Shown: piece by piece, positions 18,023 through 26,776 of the stretch
How the letters are laid out: every line of letters starts with the position of its first letter
Position numbering within the stretch: the first letter of the stretch is position 1
Assembly (NCBI GenBank): GCA_039591075.1
Contig: JBDHEI010000003.1
Location: 26,716 to 90,715, forward strand
Reading direction: 5' to 3'
Length of the DNA: 64,000 nt
Source of the DNA: Gemmatimonadota bacterium
GTDB lineage: Bacteria > Gemmatimonadota > Gemmatimonadetes > Gemmatimonadales > GWC2-71-9
Translations under genes and position numbers: made by a program
Notes under the pieces: generated by a model
Database searches by the model: none
What the model saw: the letters and a program-made list of their open reading frames with translations, nothing else
Told to the model about the DNA's origin: nothing

Positions 18023-19708
18023 ATGACGTATCTCGCCCTCGCCCGGAAATACCGACCCACGCGGTTCGTCGACCTGGTTGCCCAAGCGCATGTCGCGGCG
18101 GGTTTGAGCGGTGCGGTTGCACGTGACCGCGTGGCCCACGCGTACCTGCTGACGGGTCCCCGCGGCGTCGGAAAGACGAGCGCCGCCCGCATTCTGGCGA
18201 TGGCCCTCAACTGCGAGGCACGAGGAAACGACGGCGAGCCATGCGGCACGTGCGAGTCCTGTCGCCGCATCTGGTCTGGTGGAGCGAACCTCGACGTCGT
18301 CGAGATCGACGCCGCGAGCAATCGTGGCGTGGACGACGCGCGGGACCTGCGTGAGCGCGCTTCCTATGCGGCGAGCGGTGCCGGGCGGTTCAAGGTGTAC
18401 ATCATCGACGAAGCCCACATGCTCACGCGGGAGGCATGGAACGCGCTCCTCAAGATCCTCGAGGAGCCACCGCCCCGCGTGGTGTTCGTTTTTGCGACGA
18501 CGGAACCGCAGAAGATCGCCAATACGGCGGCCCCGGTCCTGAGCCGGGTGCAACGGTTCGATTTCCGACGGCTCGGACCGACCACGATCGTACAGCGGCT
18601 CCAGTTTGTCGCGGAACAGGAGGCGATCGACATCGAGCCCGAGGCCCTGCAGCTCATCGCGCGGATCGCGCGCGGCGGGATGCGCGATGCACTCTCGATG
18701 CTGGATCAGGCGGTGGCGTTTGGGGAGGGTCGAATCTCGGCCGCGCGGGTCCGGGGAGCGCTCGGCCTCATCGACGACGAGATGTATGCCGAACTGCTCG
18801 ATCTCGTGGCTGGTGGCGACTCGGCCGGAGTGTTCCCGTACGTGGCCCGACTGGTGGAGGCAGGCGTCGACCTGGCGGAGTTCATGGGCGGCGCCGGGGA
18901 GGTCTTGCGGGCGTTCCTGGTGCGCCTCCTGGGAGGTGAGCCGGAGGGCGTAACCGAGGTCCTCCGGGAAGCCATCGATCGACATGCGTCGGACCATGCG
19001 GCGGGCGACCTACTGCGGATGCTCAAGCTTCTGAACGACGCCGAGGCCGCGATCCGCCGGAGCCCCAATGCCCGGCTCCAGGTGGAAGTGTTGCTCCTCC
19101 AATGGACGCTGCTTGATCGCACGGTGGTGCTCGGCGACATCCTGAACGCCCTGGGTGACGTCCGGCCGGCCAAACAGGGTGTGGCGACCAAGGCAGTGCC
19201 GTCGCGTCGCCGAACGGCACCCCCGCGGGACGACGCGGTGCCGACGCCCACGCCCGCCCCCCCGAGCGAGACCGGGCGGGCCTCGCGGGCCCAGCCGACG
19301 GCTGCCGTCGAGGGACCGCTCACGATGCAGCACCTTGGCGACCACTGGCCGGCCGTGTTGGACGAAGTCTCCCGGCGGCGACGGATGTTGCGGGAGGCGC
19401 TCACCGACGCCGTGCCCGTCGCACTCGACGGCGACGAGCTGGTCATCGAAGTCGGGGGGAGCGAGGCCCATGTCGAGGGGTTGGCGCGGAGCGGCGCCGT
19501 CGTGGCCGGTGCGATCGAGGCGGTCGTCGGCCGGAGGGTACGCACCACGTTCAGGTCGGCCGGGTCCGAACCGTCCACGTCGGCGACGCCGCAGGTGCGG
19601 CGTCTGGACGACGCCTCGGATCGGGAGCAGCGACTGCGGCTCTACCGGGAGAAAGATCCGGCCTTGGACGCCGCTGCCGAAGCGCTGGATCTCGAACTCC
19701 TAGAGTAA
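18023..19708 (+). CDS. dnaX: DNA polymerase III subunits gamma/tau
   Basis: LARKYRPTRFVDLVAQ, HAYLLTGPRGVGKTS (Walker A), zinc module CGTCESC, YIIDEAHML (Walker B), SRVQRFDF. Confidence 0.93.
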   Translation: MTYLALARKYRPTRFVDLVAQAHVAAGLSGAVARDRVAHAYLLTGPRGVGKTSAARILAMALNCEARGNDGEPCGTCESCRRIWSGGANLDVVEIDAASNRGVDDARDLRERASYAASGAGRFKVYIIDEAHMLTREAWNALLKILEEPPPRVVFVFATTEPQKIANTAAPVLSRVQRFDFRRLGPTTIVQRLQFVAEQEAIDIEPEALQLIARIARGGMRDALSMLDQAVAFGEGRISAARVRGALGLIDDEMYAELLDLVAGGDSAGVFPYVARLVEAGVDLAEFMGGAGEVLRAFLVRLLGGEPEGVTEVLREAIDRHASDHAAGDLLRMLKLLNDAEAAIRRSPNARLQVEVLLLQWTLLDRTVVLGDILNALGDVRPAKQGVATKAVPSRRRTAPPRDDAVPTPTPAPPSETGRASRAQPTAAVEGPLTMQHLGDHWPAVLDEVSRRRRMLREALTDAVPVALDGDELVIEVGGSEAHVEGLARSGAVVAGAIEAVVGRRVRTTFRSAGSEPSTSATPQVRRLDDASDREQRLRLYREKDPALDAAAEALDLELLE

Positions 19709-19780
19709 CTTGCGAGGCCTCTGGGGGTAGGGTAGCTTGCACGTTCGGGTCGGGAAACCTAGAACTTTCACCACACACCT

Positions 19781-20098
19781 ATGGCTGATCTTTCTCAGCT
19801 CCTTCAACTTGGCCAGCAGATGCAGGGGCGGCTGACCCAAATGCAGACGGAACTCGCCGAGCAGAGCGTCACCGGCTCGGCCGGTGGCGGTATGGTCAAG
19901 GTTACCGCGGACGGCCGGGGACAGGTGCGGTCGGTGTCGATCGACCCCGCGGCTCTCACCGATGCCGACGTCGAGATGTTGGAGGATTTGGTGCTCGCGG
20001 CGGTTGCCGACGCGCAGCGTCGTGCGGAGGAGCTGTACCGGACCGAACTGAAGAAAATCGCAGGCGGGATGCCGCTTCCGTTCCAATTCCCGATCTAA
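19781..20098 (+). CDS. ybaB: YbaB/EbfC family nucleoid-associated protein
   Basis: LLQLGQQMQGRLTQMQTELAEQSVTGSAGGGMVKVTADGRGQVRSVSIDP. Canonical dnaX-ybaB-recR synteny. Confidence 0.9.
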   Translation: MADLSQLLQLGQQMQGRLTQMQTELAEQSVTGSAGGGMVKVTADGRGQVRSVSIDPAALTDADVEMLEDLVLAAVADAQRRAEELYRTELKKIAGGMPLPFQFPI

Positions 20099-20101
20099 GC
20101 C

Positions 20102-20695
20102 GTGGCGGCGATCGAGGATCTGATCGGCGAATTGAGCAAGCTCCCGGGCATCGGGAGAAAGACTGCGACGCGCCTCACGTACTTCTTGCTGAAGCAGCCG
20201 CCCGAGGCCGGTCGACGGCTGGCTCGCGCCCTGGAGGCCGTCGTCACGCGGGTCGGCCCCTGCTCGGTGTGTGGGAACCTGGGAGAGACGGATCCCTGCG
20301 TGATTTGCGAGGACACGCGTCGCGATCGCTCGACCGTGTGCGTGGTTGAAGAAGCATCGGACATCGGGGCGATCGAACGGACCGGGGAGTACCGCGGCGT
20401 GTACCACGTACTCGGCGGTCACTTGTCGCCCCTCGACGGCATCGGCCCGGACGACCTCCGCCTCGACGGGCTCCGCGCGCGCCTGTCCAACGGCTCGTCC
20501 GTCCGCGAAGTGATCGTGGCGACCAATCCCTCGATGGAGGGAGAAGTGACGGCGACGTACGTGCGGGGAATCGTCGAGGCACAGAGCGTGCGCGTGACCC
20601 GCATCGCGTTGGGCCTGCCGGTGGGCGGCGACCTGGAGTATGCCGACAACGTCACGATCGCACGGGCCCTCGCGGCACGGCGCGAGATGGAGTGA
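20102..20695 (+). CDS. recR: recombination protein RecR
   Basis: LSKLPGIGRKTATRL (HhH), zinc finger CSVCGNLGETDPCVIC, Toprim region VCVVEEASDIGAIERTGEYRGVYHVLGGHLSPLDGIGP. Confidence 0.95.
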   Translation: MAAIEDLIGELSKLPGIGRKTATRLTYFLLKQPPEAGRRLARALEAVVTRVGPCSVCGNLGETDPCVICEDTRRDRSTVCVVEEASDIGAIERTGEYRGVYHVLGGHLSPLDGIGPDDLRLDGLRARLSNGSSVREVIVATNPSMEGEVTATYVRGIVEAQSVRVTRIALGLPVGGDLEYADNVTIARALAARREME

Positions 20696-20982
20696 CCATG
20701 AGCCGGCGGGTGCAGGTGTTGGTGGTGGGCCTTGGGGTCGGGGCGGTCGTCGGCGCCGTGTTGGCACAGCAGTCGGTCGGACGGCATCGCCGCGCATTGT
20801 TCAGTGGCCGCCCGCTGCGGCGCCTTTCGGCGTTGAGTTATGTGGGCAAGCATCCCTCGGTCGAGGCGGTTCGCCTGTTGCACGACTACCTGACGTGGGA
20901 GCAGCATCCCATGTTGCGCCGCCGCGCGGAACGGATCATTCGCCGCATGGAAGCGAGACTCGCTGAGGTGAAGATCGGATGA
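20692..20982 (+). CDS. hypothetical single-pass membrane protein
   Basis: Its ATG overlaps the recR stop (ATGA) and its stop overlaps the next ATG (ATGA). TM segment VQVLVVGLGVGAVVGAVLA, then a basic helical tail. No family recognised. Confidence 0.4.
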   Translation: MTMSRRVQVLVVGLGVGAVVGAVLAQQSVGRHRRALFSGRPLRRLSALSYVGKHPSVEAVRLLHDYLTWEQHPMLRRRAERIIRRMEARLAEVKIG

Positions 20983-21482
20983 CTGGTGCGGGGACGTGGT
21001 CGCTGGACGAGCACCACTATCGGCAGATCACCGCGCATCTGACAGCACTCCTGAAGGAGTCGAACGCGCGGTGCGCGCTGCTCGTGGATCGCGCCGGGCA
21101 GCTGCTCGCGAGTACAGGGGAGCAGCTCTCGTTCGACCCTACGGCGTTCGCGTCGCTGACCGCTGCCGATTTCAGCGCCAACGACCAGCTCGCCAAGATG
21201 ATCGGCGAGCCGGAGTTTGCGTCGCTCTTCCACCAGGGGGAGCACGAGTCGATGTATCTGGCCGACGTCGCGCGGCGCGTCATCCTCGTCGTGCTCTTCG
21301 ATGAGCGGACCACGGTCGGGCTGGTGCGGCTGCGCGTCAAGCAGACCGTGGCGGATCTCGCTGCGCTGTTCGAACAGATGTTCCGTCGAGCGGCATCGGC
21401 GGAGGCCGGTGGGCCGCAGGAGCGACCCGGCGGCCCGCTCGCGGGAGCCGAAGACGAGATTGACAGACTATTCGGGGATTAG
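20979..21482 (+). CDS. mglB: Roadblock/LC7 domain protein, MglB-like GTPase-activating partner
   Basis: Roadblock-like core ALLVDRAGQLLASTGE...ADFSANDQLAKMIG...MYLADVARRVILVVLFD, located directly upstream of the mglA homologue as in Myxococcus. Confidence 0.75.
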   Translation: MTGAGTWSLDEHHYRQITAHLTALLKESNARCALLVDRAGQLLASTGEQLSFDPTAFASLTAADFSANDQLAKMIGEPEFASLFHQGEHESMYLADVARRVILVVLFDERTTVGLVRLRVKQTVADLAALFEQMFRRAASAEAGGPQERPGGPLAGAEDEIDRLFGD

Positions 21483-21500
21483 GCGGAGGCTCGTTCGACC

Positions 21501-22175
21501 ATGTCAATGATCAACTACGCCTCCCGCGAGATCAACTGCAAGCTCGTGTACTACGGGCCGGGGCTGGGTGGTAAGACCACGAACCTCGAACACGTGTACA
21601 CCAAAGTCTCCCCGGAAACGCGGGGGAAAATGGTGTCGCTCGCCACCGAAACCGAGCGGACGCTGTTCTTCGACTTCCTGCCCGTCGACATGGGGACGAT
21701 TCGCGGGTTCAAGACCCGCTTCCATCTCTACACGGTGCCGGGACAGGTCTACTACAACGCGTCGCGCAAGCTCATCCTCAAGGGGGTCGACGGCATCGTG
21801 TTCGTCGCCGACAGTCAAGTCGAGCGCATGGAGGCGAACGTCGAGTCCATGCAGAACCTGTACGACAACATGGCGGAGTACGGGTACGACCTCACCAAGA
21901 TCCCCTTCGTCATCCAGTACAACAAGCGCGATCTCCCCAACGCCGCACCCATTCGCGAGCTGCAGGGGCAGGTTAACCCCGGCTGGGAAGTAACCGAGGC
22001 GAGCAAGCAGAAACCCATGCCCGATCCGCGGCACGCCGGCGAATCGCTCATCGAGCAGCGGGACGGTGTCTGGATTCAGCGGGCGCCGTATTTCGAGTCG
22101 GTGGCGATTACCGGAGACGGTGTTTTCGACACGCTCAAGGCGGTCGCCAAGATGGTGCTCCGTACGCTGAGCTGA
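21501..22175 (+). CDS. mglA: Ras-like small GTPase MglA family
   Basis: [81 protein letters not shown] and [11 protein letters not shown] are near-collinear with the MglA signature. It carries an extra segment before the last motif. Confidence 0.9.
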   Translation: MSMINYASREINCKLVYYGPGLGGKTTNLEHVYTKVSPETRGKMVSLATETERTLFFDFLPVDMGTIRGFKTRFHLYTVPGQVYYNASRKLILKGVDGIVFVADSQVERMEANVESMQNLYDNMAEYGYDLTKIPFVIQYNKRDLPNAAPIRELQGQVNPGWEVTEASKQKPMPDPRHAGESLIEQRDGVWIQRAPYFESVAITGDGVFDTLKAVAKMVLRTLS

Positions 22176-22185
22176 GGGGTCCGCG

Positions 22186-22854
22186 GTGATCTGGACCCTG
22201 CCCAACATCCTCACCGTTGCGCGCATCGCGCTGGCGCCGGTGATTGCGCTCCTGCCGTTCATCAGGGGATACACGCCGAAGCTCATCGCCTTCGTGGTGT
22301 TCCTCGCGGCGGCGATCAGCGACATCTACGATGGGCGCTTGGCGCGCGAACGCGGCGAGATCACGGACCTCGGCAAGCTCCTCGACCCGCTCGCCGACAA
22401 ACTGCTGCTCGTGGCCACGCTGATCCCGATCTACTGGATCAGCCGCTATCCCATGCGACAGTACGAGATCCCATGGTGGGGGAACCTCCCCCTGTGGGTC
22501 GCGCTGCTCCTGGTAGGCAGAGAAGTCGTGATGACCGTGTTCCGCCAAGTCGCCAAACGCCGCGGGGTGGTGATCGCGGCAGCCAAGGCTGGGAAGATCA
22601 AGACGATCGTGCAGGACGTCTTCATCGGTGCCACGATCCTGTGGTTCGCGTGGAAGGACATGCGTGCCGCGTTCGGATGGCAGGGCGGATGGCTCGGCTC
22701 TTTCTGGGAGCAGTTCCACGGTACCGTGGTTGCCATCACCCTGGCGGGAGCGGTCCTGCTCACCGCCTACTCGCTCGTGTACTACGTGTATCGATATCGC
22801 AGGCTGTTTCGGGGAGCGTCGACCGCGCAGGGCACGTCGCACGATGGAGCTTGA
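22186..22854 (+). CDS. pgsA: CDP-diacylglycerol--glycerol-3-phosphate 3-phosphatidyltransferase
   Basis: CDP-alcohol phosphatidyltransferase motif DIYDGRLARERGEITDLGKLLDPLADKLL. N-terminus LPNILTVARIALAP. GTG start. Confidence 0.9.
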   Translation: MIWTLPNILTVARIALAPVIALLPFIRGYTPKLIAFVVFLAAAISDIYDGRLARERGEITDLGKLLDPLADKLLLVATLIPIYWISRYPMRQYEIPWWGNLPLWVALLLVGREVVMTVFRQVAKRRGVVIAAAKAGKIKTIVQDVFIGATILWFAWKDMRAAFGWQGGWLGSFWEQFHGTVVAITLAGAVLLTAYSLVYYVYRYRRLFRGASTAQGTSHDGA

Positions 22855-24100
22855 GATCGTCACGGTCGGCACGGAACTCCTTCTCGGTTTCACCCTCGAC
22901 AGCAACGCCGCAGACATTGCCCGCGCCCTCGCGGCCGTGGGCGCCCGCGTAACGCGCCGCGTCACCGTGGGGGACGACGAACGCGCGATTCGCGACGCGG
23001 TTGCGGGCAGTCTGCGCCACACGAAGCTGGCCGTGGTGACCGGCGGTCTGGGTCCCACCAACGACGACGTCACCAAGACGGCCGTGGCGCGGCTGTTCGA
23101 AGCGCCACTCGAGCTCGACCAGGCCTATCTGGAGGCTCTCGAGCGGCGTTTCGCCCAGTTCCGGCGCGGGCCTATGCCGTCCAGCAACCGCTCCCAAGCG
23201 GAATTCCCGCGCGGGGCCACCAGAATCCCGAACGCCCGCGGCACCGCGCCCGGCCTCATTCTCCAGGGCCCACTCGGCACGGTGGTGCTGTTGCCCGGGG
23301 TTCCCGCCGAGATGCGGCAGATGCTCGGCGACCACGTCGTGCCCTTCATCAAAGGGCTGATGAGCCAGGAAGGCCGCCGCGGCCGGCCCATTAGCTCTCA
23401 CACGCTCCGCACGACAGGGGTCACCGAGTCGGGGCTGGCAGACGTGCTAGCTGGCCTGGACCCCGGGCTCGAGGGTGTGAGCCTGGCCTATCTGCCGGGC
23501 TGGGAAGGGGTTGATCTGCGGCTCACCGCCGGGGCGGTAGATCGGGGGGAGGGGGACGGCCCGCTGGTCCGGGCCGCTGCCCTCATCCGGGAGGTCCTCG
23601 GAGACCGCTACTACGGTCCGGGGGAGACCGATCTCGCCGGCGTGGTGCTGATGGGTCTCCGAGCCCGAGGGTGGCGCCTTGCCGTGGCCGAATCGTGTAC
23701 CGGGGGCATGGTCGGATCCCGGCTGACGGCCATTCCAGGGGCGTCGGACGTGTTCGTTGGTGGGATCATCGCCTATGCCAACGAGGCCAAAGCCCGGGAT
23801 CTCGACATCCCGCCGAGTGTGTTGGCCGCCGAGGGCGCAGTCAGCGAAGTCGTGGCTTTGGCGATGGCCCAAGGCGTTGCCAAGCGGTTTCACACCGAGT
23901 CGGCGATCGCCCTGACCGGCGTCGCAGGACCGTCGGGCGGGACCCCGGGAAAGCCGGTCGGTACGGTCGTGGTCGCAGCCCGAGTTCTCGAGCGGTCGGT
24001 GGTGAAGACCCTACACCTCCCCGGCTCGCGCCAAGAAATACGGTCCCGCAGTACGCAGGCGGCGCTCGACCTGCTCCGGTTGCTCCTTGCCCGGCCGTAG
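22844..24100 (+). CDS. cinA: competence/damage-inducible protein CinA (MoCF-binding plus nicotinamide-nucleotide amidohydrolase domains)
   Basis: MELEIVTVGTELLLGFTLDSNA, TVGDDERAI, TGGLGPTNDD. C-terminal PncC-like region ESCTGGMVGSRLT...GVAGPSGG. ATG 22844 lies inside the longer ORF 22628.. Confidence 0.9.
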   Translation: MELEIVTVGTELLLGFTLDSNAADIARALAAVGARVTRRVTVGDDERAIRDAVAGSLRHTKLAVVTGGLGPTNDDVTKTAVARLFEAPLELDQAYLEALERRFAQFRRGPMPSSNRSQAEFPRGATRIPNARGTAPGLILQGPLGTVVLLPGVPAEMRQMLGDHVVPFIKGLMSQEGRRGRPISSHTLRTTGVTESGLADVLAGLDPGLEGVSLAYLPGWEGVDLRLTAGAVDRGEGDGPLVRAAALIREVLGDRYYGPGETDLAGVVLMGLRARGWRLAVAESCTGGMVGSRLTAIPGASDVFVGGIIAYANEAKARDLDIPPSVLAAEGAVSEVVALAMAQGVAKRFHTESAIALTGVAGPSGGTPGKPVGTVVVAARVLERSVVKTLHLPGSRQEIRSRSTQAALDLLRLLLARP

Positions 24101-24163
24101 GGGTGGCGCTTCCCGGCCCGTCGGATTGGCAGACATGCGTGGTACGGTTCTTGTCCTGAACGC

Positions 24164-24169
24164 TATAAT
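24164..24169 (+). promoter_or_regulatory. candidate -10 hexamer upstream of grpE
   Basis: Perfect TATAAT in a locally AT-richer stretch, 44 nt upstream of the grpE ATG. No convincing -35 at 16-18 nt spacing, so this is weak. Confidence 0.3.
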
Positions 24170-24212
24170 GGAAGGTTCTTGAAAGCAGGCCAGTAGACCA
24201 GTCGAGTGACGA

Positions 24213-24860
24213 ATGAGCCGAAAACGAAGGAAGTCAGTGCAAGACGGCGAGGCGGCGGAGGAGACATCTGCGCTGCAGGCCGACGAGCCGGTGAGCGACA
24301 ATTCGGGTGTCGCCGAAGTGGCGGCCTCCTCGGATGAGTCGGACGAAAGGGTCGAAACGGTCGATGCGGCGGAAGCCGTGAAGCGGCTCACGGTGGAGCT
24401 GGAGGAGCAGAATGATCGCTATCTGCGTCTGGCCGCCGAATTTGACAATTTCCGCAAGCGAGTCGTTCGTGAGCGCGCCGAGCTCAGGCATCGGTCGCAG
24501 GCCGAGTTTGCCCGCAAGCTGCTCGAGGCGCTGGACGATCTGGGGCGCGTCGTGGCCCTCGAGGCTGCCAATGCCACCGTCCACGATGTCATCAACGGCG
24601 TGCATCTCGTGGAGCAGAAGCTGATGCGGGAGTTGGAGCATGCCGGTTTTCAGCGCGTCGGTGCGGAAGGCGAACCCTTCGATCCGAACCTTCACGAAGC
24701 CGTAGCGGCCCGACCGGCCAGCGGAGACGGGCAGGCCGGAACGGTAGGCTCCGTGCTCCAGCCGGGATATCGGCTTGGCGAGGTGCTACTCCGTCCGGCG
24801 CGGGTCGTCGTGTGGGTCGAAGGAGACCACCGGGCCGAGGAGTCGGCCGCGGACGCCTAG
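24213..24860 (+). CDS. grpE: nucleotide exchange factor GrpE
   Basis: YLRLAAEFDNFRKR, LLEALDDL, FDPNLHEAV, GYRLGEVLLRPARV. Confidence 0.93.
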   Translation: MSRKRRKSVQDGEAAEETSALQADEPVSDNSGVAEVAASSDESDERVETVDAAEAVKRLTVELEEQNDRYLRLAAEFDNFRKRVVRERAELRHRSQAEFARKLLEALDDLGRVVALEAANATVHDVINGVHLVEQKLMRELEHAGFQRVGAEGEPFDPNLHEAVAARPASGDGQAGTVGSVLQPGYRLGEVLLRPARVVVWVEGDHRAEESAADA

Positions 24861-24870
24861 GATCTGACCG

Positions 24871-25959
24871 ATGCCGCCCGCCAAGGACTACTACCGCGTG
24901 CTGGGGGTTTCCGAGAAAGCCCCCGAAGCCGAGATCAAGAAGGCGTATCGGCGGCTTGCCAAGAAGTACCATCCGGATGCCAACCCCAGCGACGACTCCG
25001 CCGCCGAGCGCTTCAAGGAGATCGGCGAGGCGTACGGGGTGCTGAGTGATCCGGAACAGCGCAAGAAGTACGACACCATGCGGAAGTACGGTGCGTTCGC
25101 ACCCGGCGGCGGCGGATTCGGCCGATCGTCGCGTGGCGGGTCGGTACGGATGGAGGACGTCGACTTCGGGGGGTTCCCCGGATTTGGCGGACTGGGGGAC
25201 CTCTTCTCCTCCATCTTCGGCAAGGGAAAGCGATCGGCCGGCGCCGAGCCGATCGAGGTGGCGGCCGAGATCCCGTTTCGCACGGCGGCGCTGGGGGGCA
25301 AGGTCCCCGTCACGGTGGCCGTGACGGAGGCTTGTCCCGTGTGCGGTGGCACGGGGGCAGCAGCCGGGGCCAAGGTCGACATCTGCCAGGAGTGCAAGGG
25401 ACGGGGTACCGTCACGTTCGGGCAGGGCGGGTTTGCGGTCACGCGGCCGTGTCCGGCCTGTCGCGGCCGCGGCAAGATCCCGAGCCAGGCGTGCGGGCGA
25501 TGCACCGGGTCCGGGGAAATCGACGTGAACAAGCGGCTGCTGGTGACGGTGGCGCCCGGCACCGATTCCGGCCAAAAAGTACGCCTCAAGGGGCAGGGAC
25601 AGCGAAGCCCGGACGCCGGCCCGCCGGGTGACCTCATCGTCACGTTTCAGGTAGCGCCCGACCGGTTCTTCCGTCGGGAGGGCCTCGCCGTGCTCTGCAC
25701 GGTGCCCGTCAACCTGGTGCAGGCGGCGCTCGGCGCCAAGATCAAGGTGCGCACGATCGACGGTCGCCGAGTGGTCCTCAACATTCCTCCTGGCACGCAG
25801 CCGGGACGCCGCTTTCGTATTCGCGGGCAGGGCATTGCCAAGGGAAACACGCGGGGCGATCAGATCGTCGAGGTCACCGTGACGATCCCTGAGGACCTCA
25901 CACCGGCTCAGGTCGAGGCGCTACGGCAGTTCGCCGACTCAGCCGGCCTCAAGCACTAA
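24871..25959 (+). CDS. dnaJ: molecular chaperone DnaJ
   Basis: J-domain DYYRVLGVSEKAPEAEIKKAYRRLAKKYHPD. Four CxxCxGxG zinc-finger repeats: CPVCGGTG, CQECKGRG, CPACRGRG, CGRCTGSG. Confidence 0.9.
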   Translation: MPPAKDYYRVLGVSEKAPEAEIKKAYRRLAKKYHPDANPSDDSAAERFKEIGEAYGVLSDPEQRKKYDTMRKYGAFAPGGGGFGRSSRGGSVRMEDVDFGGFPGFGGLGDLFSSIFGKGKRSAGAEPIEVAAEIPFRTAALGGKVPVTVAVTEACPVCGGTGAAAGAKVDICQECKGRGTVTFGQGGFAVTRPCPACRGRGKIPSQACGRCTGSGEIDVNKRLLVTVAPGTDSGQKVRLKGQGQRSPDAGPPGDLIVTFQVAPDRFFRREGLAVLCTVPVNLVQAALGAKIKVRTIDGRRVVLNIPPGTQPGRRFRIRGQGIAKGNTRGDQIVEVTVTIPEDLTPAQVEALRQFADSAGLKH

Positions 25960-25966
25960 CCCGCCT

Positions 25967-26773
25967 TCACCGCCGCAGCCAGTGGTCCACGCTGTCGGGC
26001 ACGATCTCGCCCAGCCGGCTTGCGACGAATGTCGCCGCCGGGCCGGGCTCCGACCATCGGACTACTTCCCCCGTCGTCGGCGAGAGGGTGAAGCAGGCGA
26101 ACCGGCTGCGCGCCCCCCCCTCGCTTGCGAGCGCGTGGATCCGGCCGCGCGGGTCCACGGCTAGATCGTTCACGAAGACCTCCTCATGCCATTCCCAGGG
26201 GACTCGCCATCGGATGTTGCCGTTGGCGTTGTACAGGGTGAGGTACCGGTCGGGAACGGCATGAATGACGCCCCCCTGCGCCGCCACCAGGAGGCCGGTG
26301 CGCGTGGTGGGATCGAACAGCGCGAACGTCTGCAGGCTGTCACCGTTGATCGCGACGAGTCGGGCGTTCCTGCCCTCCACCACGATCCGTCCATCGGGCA
26401 GGACGGCAAACTGGTGCGGAGCGGTCGCCAGGGTATCCACGCGGAGGCGATCGACGACCCCCCACTGCGCGTCGAAGACGACGATCCATGCCCCATCATC
26501 GTCGACGTCCGAGACGTACCACATCCCGTCCCGTTCCTGGATGTGATGGGGACTGTGGAGGGTCTCCCCACCACGAGTGTGAACGGCTCCGGTCCGGCGG
26601 TCGCGGAGGATGATGGAGGACTGGCCCTGCCGAGTGATGGCCAGCACGGAGTCGCCGCCGGCCGTCACGGCGCGGCCGTCGACGAAGATTAGGTCTCCAG
26701 AATCAGACGGCCCGCACGCCGTGAACAGAGCCACGACGAGCGGGCCGCCACGTAGCAGCCTGCCGATCATCAA
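25967..26773 (-). CDS. hypothetical lipoprotein (repeat/beta-propeller-like)
   Basis: Signal peptide plus lipobox LFTAC. Repeated beta-strand-rich blocks (…DGRIVVEG…, …GGVIHAV…, …RGRIHAL…). No family recognised. Confidence 0.5.
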   Translation of the reverse strand: MMIGRLLRGGPLVVALFTACGPSDSGDLIFVDGRAVTAGGDSVLAITRQGQSSIILRDRRTGAVHTRGGETLHSPHHIQERDGMWYVSDVDDDGAWIVVFDAQWGVVDRLRVDTLATAPHQFAVLPDGRIVVEGRNARLVAINGDSLQTFALFDPTTRTGLLVAAQGGVIHAVPDRYLTLYNANGNIRWRVPWEWHEEVFVNDLAVDPRGRIHALASEGGARSRFACFTLSPTTGEVVRWSEPGPAATFVASRLGEIVPDSVDHWLRR

Positions 26774-26776
26774 TAC

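Noticed and set aside
18023-19708. Programmed ribosomal frameshift or slippery site in dnaX producing a gamma subunit.
   Set aside because: I saw no A-rich heptamer (A AAA AAG-like) or poly-A slippage tract in the GC-rich coding sequence, so the claim cannot be supported from sequence.
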